A stretch of DNA of 42,424 nt from the NCBI GenBank assembly GCA_039931815.1, contig JBDTRF010000002.1, positions 1 to 42,424 of the forward strand, in the 5' to 3' direction. The stretch comes from Gemmatimonadota bacterium (GTDB lineage Bacteria; Gemmatimonadota; Gemmatimonadetes; Gemmatimonadales; GWC2-71-9). This document shows, one piece after another, positions 1 through 6,540 of the stretch. The notes under the pieces were generated by a model. The model was not told where the DNA came from. It was given only the letters and a program-made list of their open reading frames with translations, and did not search any database. The first letter of the stretch is position 1. Each line of letters starts with the position of its first letter. Both the position numbers and the translations under genes were made by a program.

Positions 1-737
1 TCGGTGATCGGGATCTGCCAGACCCAGCTGTTGGTGATGGGCAGGAAGTGGACATAGATGTAGTCCCCCTTCTGCTGCTCGCCCTTCATCGTCGACAAAC
101 GGTCATAATTGTCGAACCAGGTGTGAATGGCGTACTGATCGAACACCTTGTCCATGATCTTGAGTTTGAGCCGATTGCCGAGAAACGTCTTCCGTCCGCT
201 CGCGTCTGCGACAATCTTGCAGGTGACACTGGATTCAACCGGCCCGATCATGAACTTCATGCGCGGAAATGGACCGCTGAAATCGACATCCCTGACACCA
301 ACGCCCTCTACCACGGTGGCACCCAGGCTCTGCGCGTGCTGCAGCAGCAGGTTGTCGAACTTGCCGCGATCGACGTGGTACGTGTAGTTCTGCTCTACCC
401 CCGCCTGCTTCCGCTCCTCGAACCGGATGTCGGCGACGCAGTCGGCTTCCAGGCCATCCCACCCGTGCTCATAGGCCCGATTGCCGCCGGTGGCAGTCCA
501 GACGGCGCCAAACTTGTGGGGAAATTTTGCTTTCTCCATGACGGGGAGAAAATCGAGATCCCGAAAGACCCGGGTCGAGGAAGGCACCAGGGATTCGCCG
601 ACATGATGGCGGGGAAAGAGGTCTCGCTCGAACACGATGACCTTCTTGCCCGCCTTGGCGAGATACGAGGCTAGTGCGCCGCCCGCTGGGCCGCCGCCGA
701 CAATACCAACATCGAAATCCGGCTGTTCGTGCATCAT
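1..737 (-). CDS. FADH2-dependent halogenase, PltA-like (N-terminal 245 codons; the gene runs off the left edge and is absent from the supplied ORF track)
   Basis: Minus-strand ATG at 737-735. Own translation: MMHEQPDFDVGIVGGGPAGGALASYLAKAGKKVIVFERDLFPRHHVGESLVP..KFPHKFGAVW..YHVDRGKFD..IVADASGR..YVHFLPITNSWVWQIPIT, open to nt 3. It has a GxGxxG FAD fold, Lys75 at the position of the catalytic Lys of flavin halogenases, and a WxWxIP signature at nt 9-26. It runs nearly collinear with my recollection of pyoluteorin PltA. The + ORF 48-674 is its antisense shadow. Confidence 0.8.
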   Translation of the reverse strand, partial: MMHEQPDFDVGIVGGGPAGGALASYLAKAGKKVIVFERDLFPRHHVGESLVPSSTRVFRDLDFLPVMEKAKFPHKFGAVWTATGGNRAYEHGWDGLEADCVADIRFEERKQAGVEQNYTYHVDRGKFDNLLLQHAQSLGATVVEGVGVRDVDFSGPFPRMKFMIGPVESSVTCKIVADASGRKTFLGNRLKLKIMDKVFDQYAIHTWFDNYDRLSTMKGEQQKGDYIYVHFLPITNSWVWQIPIT

Positions 738-773
738 GGTCTCCTCAAATGCGTGATGGAGGCGTGTAATCGT

Positions 774-2093
774 TCAGGCGACCGGAGTTCCCCCGGTTTT
801 GCCAATCAGGCTTTCGGGGCCAAACGTAGCGGCATCCTCGGGATTCTCACCCGCCGCGGAAAGGATGCGCTCAAGGTCCATACGCTCATACCCTCCGCTC
901 AGCAGCACGATAAATCGCTCGCGCAGCAGGGGGATCTGGCGGGCCCGGCTGATGATGTTGTTAGCTTCCTTCTTGTCGAGAATGCTGTACCAGTTGTAGA
1001 TCATCCGGAAAATCGACAGCATCGGATGCTTGATCCGCTTTTCGTATGGCCGCAGCCGTTCGGCGCTGAAGTCGTTGTGCTTGAAACAATCGAGAATGCA
1101 CTCGGCCGAATACACTCCGGCGCGAGTGGCAAGCGTCACGCCCGCCGAGAAAATCGGGTCTACGAACATGGCCGCATCCCCGATGAGGACGAAGCCGTTC
1201 CCGACGAAGGATTCATTGAGATATGAAATGTTGGAAATGGTATGCATCTGCATTTCCTGTTTCGCGCCCTGCAACCAGTCCCGAATCTTGTCACATTTCG
1301 AGATCGCGTAGTCAAACCGCTCCTGCGGCCCCTTGATGTGGCCGGCCCACTTGGCGTCCAGCACGGCTCCCACGCTGACCACGTCCCCGCTCAGCGGGAT
1401 ATACCAGATCCAGCCACCCTCAATGGTGTGGATGTCGGTGGCGGTCGAGTTGGGAAGGATATCCGATACGTTGGTGAGCACGTCCCGCTGATCGCGGCGA
1501 TAGCCGCCATGGAAGTGGGTGAAATGGGCAATCTTGTTGAGCGCGGGATCGGGCTTTCTCCAGCCCATGCGGCGTGCGATAAGGCAATCACGGCCGGTCG
1601 CATCGACGACCATTTTCGCCTCGATCCGATGCGGTTCTTCCCCGTTGGGGCCAGCCAGGACACCCACGGCCCGGTCCCCCTCGAACAACACTTCCTTGAC
1701 CGTCCATTCTTCCCGGACTTCGGCGCCACGCTTGCGGGCATTGTTCAGCAGGATCTCGTCAAACTTCGCCCGTTCGACATGGTACGCGTAGGTTCGTCGG
1801 AACACCTCGGGGTATTCGGCCGTGAGGAGCTTGACATCCTCAGGCTGGTTGAACATCCCGAACATGATGCCCTGTTTGGGAGGGAACCCCGCGCTCTCGA
1901 TGGCCGGGACGGCCCCAATCTTCTCCCACAAGTCCCAAATCCCGGGAAGGAGAGACTCACCGATATGGAACCGGGGAAAGCGTTCCCGTTCGAGCACCAG
2001 GACACGCAGGCCCTCGGGGGCGAGCATGGCTGCCGAGCTCGAGCCACCGGGTCCTCCTCCCATGATGACCACGTCAAACTTTTCGACCTTCAT
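774..2093 (-). CDS. FADH2-dependent halogenase family protein (second, divergent copy)
   Basis: Track ORF 774-2183, with the start trimmed to ATG 2093 (MKVEKFDVVIMGGGPGG; GGAG about 8 nt upstream). Motifs: GxGxxG, HIGESLLP, a conserved Lys in GFPPKQG, GGWIWYIP (WxWxIP, nt 1395-1412) and FVDPIFSAG. Confidence 0.8.
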   Translation of the reverse strand: MKVEKFDVVIMGGGPGGSSSAAMLAPEGLRVLVLERERFPRFHIGESLLPGIWDLWEKIGAVPAIESAGFPPKQGIMFGMFNQPEDVKLLTAEYPEVFRRTYAYHVERAKFDEILLNNARKRGAEVREEWTVKEVLFEGDRAVGVLAGPNGEEPHRIEAKMVVDATGRDCLIARRMGWRKPDPALNKIAHFTHFHGGYRRDQRDVLTNVSDILPNSTATDIHTIEGGWIWYIPLSGDVVSVGAVLDAKWAGHIKGPQERFDYAISKCDKIRDWLQGAKQEMQMHTISNISYLNESFVGNGFVLIGDAAMFVDPIFSAGVTLATRAGVYSAECILDCFKHNDFSAERLRPYEKRIKHPMLSIFRMIYNWYSILDKKEANNIISRARQIPLLRERFIVLLSGGYERMDLERILSAAGENPEDAATFGPESLIGKTGGTPVA

Positions 2094-2525
2094 CTTTGGT
2101 CTCCGCGAAGTGAGGTGATACATGTTCCTGGTATGGCGAGTTGCACACAGCGCTGGCGATACCCGTTCGCCTCCCAGCCCCACGTGCTACCAGTAAAATA
2201 GAAGGTCGGATACACCCCTTGATGCTTCAGGCGCGAACCAGGGGGAAAGGCAATCGGCAACAGATGTTGCTCACCAGCAACACCGCAGGTCCCTGCGGGC
2301 AAGTCAAGGGGACTCACTTGCCAGTGGGGGTACCTTCCCGATATGGTGGCTCGATTTGCCGGCTGATCCGCTCCGACCCGACTGGAAATAGCACAAAATG
2401 TGCCTTAGCTCTCAAATGAAACTGAAAGAGAAAATCAGCCCCCGCAGCGACTTATCGGTATTGGGGTATGAGTCCTGCACGAAACTCCCTGATCATACCT
2501 ACCCGCAAACAACCCAGAGGTTTCC

Positions 2526-3677
2526 ATGGATTTCTCCTGGTCGAGCGAACAACTCGAATTCAGGCAGGCGGTCATCGATTTTGCCCATAAGGCCCTGCAG
2601 GACGACCTGATCAGCCGGGACCGGACCAGCGAATTCTCCCGCCGGATGTGGTCCCGATGTGGCGAGTTCGGCATCCAGGGCCTCCCCTTCCCCGAGGAAT
2701 ACGGGGGCGCCGGAAGCGACATCCTGACCACCATCCTGGCCATGGAAGCGCTGGGATATGGCTGCAAGGATAACGGCCTGCTCTTTGGTCTGGCCGCCCA
2801 GATGTGGAGTGTCCAGATGCCAATTTTCAAGTTTGGCTCGGATGCGGCCAAGGCAAAATACCTCCCTCTTCTCAATCGTGGGGAATGGATCGGTGCCCAT
2901 GGCATGAGCGAACCCGACTCAGGGTCCGATGCCTTTGCACTCCGGACCACGGCTGAGCGCCAGGGGGAGACGTACGTGCTGAACGGGACCAAGACTTTTG
3001 TAAGCAACGGGCCCGCCGCGGACCTTTTCCTGATCTTCGCCTCAATGGACCGAAGCAAGGGTTTTCTGGGCTTGACGGGCTTCCTGGTCGAACGCTCGAC
3101 GCCAGGCTTAACCGTGAGCAAAGAGATCGAGAAAATGGGCCTGCGCACTTCTCCCATGGCCGAAGTCGTCATGGATGGGTGCGTTATTCCTCTGGAGAAT
3201 CGGATTGGCCGAGAAGGTCGAGGAGGAGCGGTCTTTAATGATTCAATGGAGTGGGAGCGAGGCTGCATTCTGGCGAGTTACCTCGGGTCGATGGAGCGTC
3301 AACTGGAAACCTCCATCCGGTATGCCCAGGAGCGCCGTCAATTCGGGCATCCCATTGGACAGTTTCAGTCCGTCGCTAACAAGATGGTGGATATGAAGGT
3401 GAGGATGGAGACCGCCCGGCTGATCCTGTACAAAGCGGCGTGGAGCAAACAGCAGGGGACCGGCGCCCACCAGGGCGAGGATGCTGCCATTGCCAAACTC
3501 TACCTGAGCGAAGCCTGGGTAAAGTCCTGCCTCGATGCAGTTCAGATCCACGGTGGCTACGGGTTTACCACCGAATATGAAGTGGAACGGGATCTCCGAG
3601 ACTCGGTCGGGGGGACCCTCTATTCGGGCACGTCCGAGATCCAGAGAACCCTGATCGCCCGCCACCTCGGGCTCTAG
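2526..3677 (+). CDS. Acyl-CoA dehydrogenase family protein, probably acting on a carrier-protein-bound acyl or aminoacyl substrate
   Basis: 383-aa ORF with AGAGG upstream of the ATG. ACAD motifs present: GMSEPDSGSD, IHGGYGFTTEY and a C-terminal YSGTSEIQR. The canonical C-terminal catalytic Glu (YEGT) is Ser367 here, while Glu244 (MEWER) sits at the isovaleryl-CoA dehydrogenase-type base position. Confidence 0.85.
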   Translation: MDFSWSSEQLEFRQAVIDFAHKALQDDLISRDRTSEFSRRMWSRCGEFGIQGLPFPEEYGGAGSDILTTILAMEALGYGCKDNGLLFGLAAQMWSVQMPIFKFGSDAAKAKYLPLLNRGEWIGAHGMSEPDSGSDAFALRTTAERQGETYVLNGTKTFVSNGPAADLFLIFASMDRSKGFLGLTGFLVERSTPGLTVSKEIEKMGLRTSPMAEVVMDGCVIPLENRIGREGRGGAVFNDSMEWERGCILASYLGSMERQLETSIRYAQERRQFGHPIGQFQSVANKMVDMKVRMETARLILYKAAWSKQQGTGAHQGEDAAIAKLYLSEAWVKSCLDAVQIHGGYGFTTEYEVERDLRDSVGGTLYSGTSEIQRTLIARHLGL

Positions 3678-3994
3678 GCCACGTGGTGTGGGCAAATCGC
3701 AACATGCGGGGTAATTATCGGCCAGAATCAGCCGGATAAGACCACGGTAAATCATTACTACAAATTAGGTTACACTTAATTGTGATGCTGCTCACACCGT
3801 GGCACGGTGGTAGCAGAAACGGGTCAGGCTATCAGTCCCAGGTAGGCAGGGTACGTCAGAGCGCCGGCCGCGCGACTGTCACTGGAATATTTCCAGATCC
3901 GCCGACCAGCACCTCCATTTCACATTCGATGCACATGGCGTCTCCGCGATGGATCGGAGCCGCAGGGAAACGTGCTACTCAAGGAACCAGAGCC

Positions 3995-6508
3995 ATGACG
4001 GTTGGGAGTCTCACCGCCACGCCAGGCGAGGAAGTTCGCAGCCGGACGGCGTTGATCGAGGCCATTCGCCTGCTGGGGCTCTCGGCCCAGCTTGGCCTGG
4101 CCCTGCTCGTTATCCGCCTTTTTCATTTCGAGGGTCCGGCATTTAACCGGATGATCCTGCTGGCGTCGGCTGGCTTTGTGATCAATGCCGTCCTTCCACG
4201 CGCGCTTCGCCAGCCCTGGTTTATTCTGATCTCGCTGCTTGGCATCGGCGTGATTTTCGGGCTGCACGATGGGCTGTGGATGATCGGGATCGGCCTCGGT
4301 CTCATCGCGGTCTGCCATCTGCCAATGTCCTGGTGGTCCCGGGTTACGCTCGTCATTCTCGCGGGTGCCGGTCTGGCGGCCACGCGCATCGGCTGGCTCA
4401 CGCTGCCCTTCTCGCTCTCCGTGTGGCCGGTGCTGGGTTCGATGTTCATGTTTCGCCTGATGGTGTACCTCCACCACCTGCGGCACAATCCGACCAAAGT
4501 CTCGCCCCAGCGGGCGCTGGCCTACTTCTTCATGCTTCCCAATGTCTCGTTCCCCCTCTTCCCCGTGGTGGACTACAAGACGTTCGACACGACCTACTAC
4601 GATCAGGATGCGTACAAAACCTACCAGGCTGGCCTCCGCTACATCGCCCGGGGTTTGCTTCACCTCCTGATTTATCGCTACGTGTATTACTACGTCGCCA
4701 GAGATCCCGCCGAAGTGTCCAACCTGGGCGACCTGATGTTGTACGTTATTTCCACGTACCTCGTCTATGTCCGGGTATCCGGTCAATTTCACATTATTGT
4801 CGGCGTCCTCCACCTGTACGGCTGGAGAATGCCACCCGCGAACAATCTCTACTTCCTGGCCTCCGGCTTCACCGAGATCTGGCGCCGGAATAACATTTAC
4901 TGGAAAGACTTCATGATGAAGCTGGTGTACTATCCCAGCTTTTTCCGGTTTCGCAAATATGGCGGGACCATGGCGCTGATCGGCGCGACCATCCTGGTGT
5001 TCTTCCTCACCTGGCTGCTCCATTCCTACCAGTGGTTCTGGATTCGGGGCGAGTTCCCCATTACCCAGACCGACATTGCCTTCTGGGGGGCGATCGGCGG
5101 GTTCATGCTGTACGAAATGCTGCGCGAGAGCCGGAGGACCGCGGCCGGCGTTCGGGCCTCGGTTGTCCGCCGATGGAGCCTGGCGCGCGCGCTCCGCACC
5201 GTCGGGTTCTTCGCCCTCTTTTCGACCCTGTGGGCCCTCTGGGACAGCTCATCGATTGGCGATTTCGTTTCCCTCTGGGCCATGGCCACCCGCTTTGACA
5301 CTCACACGCTCGTCCTGGCCGGGGGAATCCTGGTCGCCGCGCTGATTTTCACTGGTTTTCCCTGGACTGTCCAGAGTCTCAAACCCCAGGCGACAAGCAC
5401 GTCCATCTGGGCGCGACAGGATGTTCAGACGGTGAGCCTGTGCGCCGGGCTTCTGCTCATCGGTATGCCAGGCGTTACCAACCTGTTCGGTCACTCCGTG
5501 ACTCAGTTCACCCAGTCTCTTCGCGAAACAAAGCTCAACGAGCGCGATGCGGCTTCCCAGCATCGCGGCTACTATGAGCAGCTCAACGTGCATACCAGTG
5601 CGGCGGACGGCGGCGAGTTGCGCCAGGCGAACGCGGATCGCCCCCAGGACTGGGTACCGTTGACCCAGACCGCGGTCTACCGCGAGCTCGATACGTTCCT
5701 CGGTGGCGAGCTGGTACCCCGGTCTCACGCCGACTTCAAGGGAGAAGTCCTCAACATCAATCGTTGGGGCATGCGCGATCGTGATTATACGGTTAACAAA
5801 CCAGCAGGAACCTACCGAATCGTCATCCTCGGGCCTTCGGATGTCATGGGTGCCGGAGTAGCCGACTCCCAGACCTTCGAGAACCTGGTCGAGGATCGGC
5901 TCAACCAGGCATCCCATGCTGGCGGCCGTCGGTATGAGATCCTGAATTTTTCCGTCGTGTCGTACAGCATGCTGCAACAGATGCAGATGCTCACCGAGCG
6001 GGTCGTCAGGTTCCAGCCGGACATGATTCTTGTTTCCTACCATCCGATTTCCGAATCACGCTTCTCGTTTCAATACCTGGCGAACCTTGCCCGTTTTGGG
6101 AAAGAGATTCCGTACCGGGAGCTGAAAGACATCGTGAAGCGGTCGGGAGTTCGCCGTGGCATGCAGCAGCCTGACGCCTTCCGCCGGATGAAACCGTTCG
6201 GCCCCGAGTTAGTGCAATGGGCGCTCGGCCGGGTCAAAGCCATGGGCGATTCCCTCGCAATCCCTGTCGGGATGTTCGTTCGCGACTTGCCGGCAGAGCG
6301 CTCGGAAATACCGAACGCGTCCATCGATTATGCCCGCACGACGGGGTTTCACATCTTCGACGTCCGGGGGATTTACGACGGACACGACCCGTCAACTCTG
6401 CTCCTCGCCTCCTGGGACAAGCACCCCAATGCACTGGGTCATCGCCTGATAGCCGATCGCCTCTTTGATGAGATGGTCGCTGACTCGACACTCAAGCTGA
6501 TTCCTTAG
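3995..6508 (+). CDS. MBOAT-family membrane acyltransferase fused to a C-terminal SGNH/GDSL-like domain (paralog 1)
   Basis: Track ORF 3782-6508. The start was moved to ATG 3995 (AAGGAA upstream) because the N-terminus then aligns with paralog 2. The protein is polytopic. Divergent MBOAT core: VSGQFHIIVG..FTEIWRRNNIYWKDFMMKLVYYP..TWLLHS, with Asn (nt 4892-4894) and His (nt 5021-5023) 43 residues apart. C-terminal SGNH-like blocks: RIVILGPSDVMGAGV, YEILNFSV and WDKHPNALGH. Confidence 0.75.
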   Translation: MTVGSLTATPGEEVRSRTALIEAIRLLGLSAQLGLALLVIRLFHFEGPAFNRMILLASAGFVINAVLPRALRQPWFILISLLGIGVIFGLHDGLWMIGIGLGLIAVCHLPMSWWSRVTLVILAGAGLAATRIGWLTLPFSLSVWPVLGSMFMFRLMVYLHHLRHNPTKVSPQRALAYFFMLPNVSFPLFPVVDYKTFDTTYYDQDAYKTYQAGLRYIARGLLHLLIYRYVYYYVARDPAEVSNLGDLMLYVISTYLVYVRVSGQFHIIVGVLHLYGWRMPPANNLYFLASGFTEIWRRNNIYWKDFMMKLVYYPSFFRFRKYGGTMALIGATILVFFLTWLLHSYQWFWIRGEFPITQTDIAFWGAIGGFMLYEMLRESRRTAAGVRASVVRRWSLARALRTVGFFALFSTLWALWDSSSIGDFVSLWAMATRFDTHTLVLAGGILVAALIFTGFPWTVQSLKPQATSTSIWARQDVQTVSLCAGLLLIGMPGVTNLFGHSVTQFTQSLRETKLNERDAASQHRGYYEQLNVHTSAADGGELRQANADRPQDWVPLTQTAVYRELDTFLGGELVPRSHADFKGEVLNINRWGMRDRDYTVNKPAGTYRIVILGPSDVMGAGVADSQTFENLVEDRLNQASHAGGRRYEILNFSVVSYSMLQQMQMLTERVVRFQPDMILVSYHPISESRFSFQYLANLARFGKEIPYRELKDIVKRSGVRRGMQQPDAFRRMKPFGPELVQWALGRVKAMGDSLAIPVGMFVRDLPAERSEIPNASIDYARTTGFHIFDVRGIYDGHDPSTLLLASWDKHPNALGHRLIADRLFDEMVADSTLKLIP

Positions 6509-6540
6509 CGAACCCGCTATTTGCGCAGGAAAGGTCTGGT

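Noticed and set aside
48-674. 208-aa plus-strand ORF at the left end
   Set aside because: It is antisense to the PltA-like halogenase gene (1-737, minus), which has clear GxGxxG and WxWxIP motifs. The plus-strand product has no motifs.
1242-2201. 319-aa plus-strand ORF; similar antisense ORFs at 3920-5023, 5249-6043, 7924-8973, 9974-10681, 14064-14813, 27123-27977, 28100-28906 and 37083-38171
   Set aside because: All lie opposite, or out of frame with, genes that carry strong family signatures. None shows a recognisable domain, and they are expected by chance in GC-rich sequence.
2257-2403. Short palindromes GCAAC-AGAT-GTTGC (2257-2270) and GCACA-AAA-TGTGC (2390-2402), and a TGG...GC sigma-54-like string at 2382-2402, in the halogenase/ACAD divergent region
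   Set aside because: Arms are only 5 bp, so chance occurrence is plausible. The GG-to-GC spacing does not fit the -24/-12 consensus. The evidence is not strong enough to call a site.
3782-3994. Upstream GTG extension of MBOAT-SGNH paralog 1
   Set aside because: The extra 71 residues are hydrophilic and have no counterpart in paralog 2. ATG 3995 aligns the two N-termini and has an AAGGAA upstream. The extension is not excluded, so the start is flagged as uncertain.
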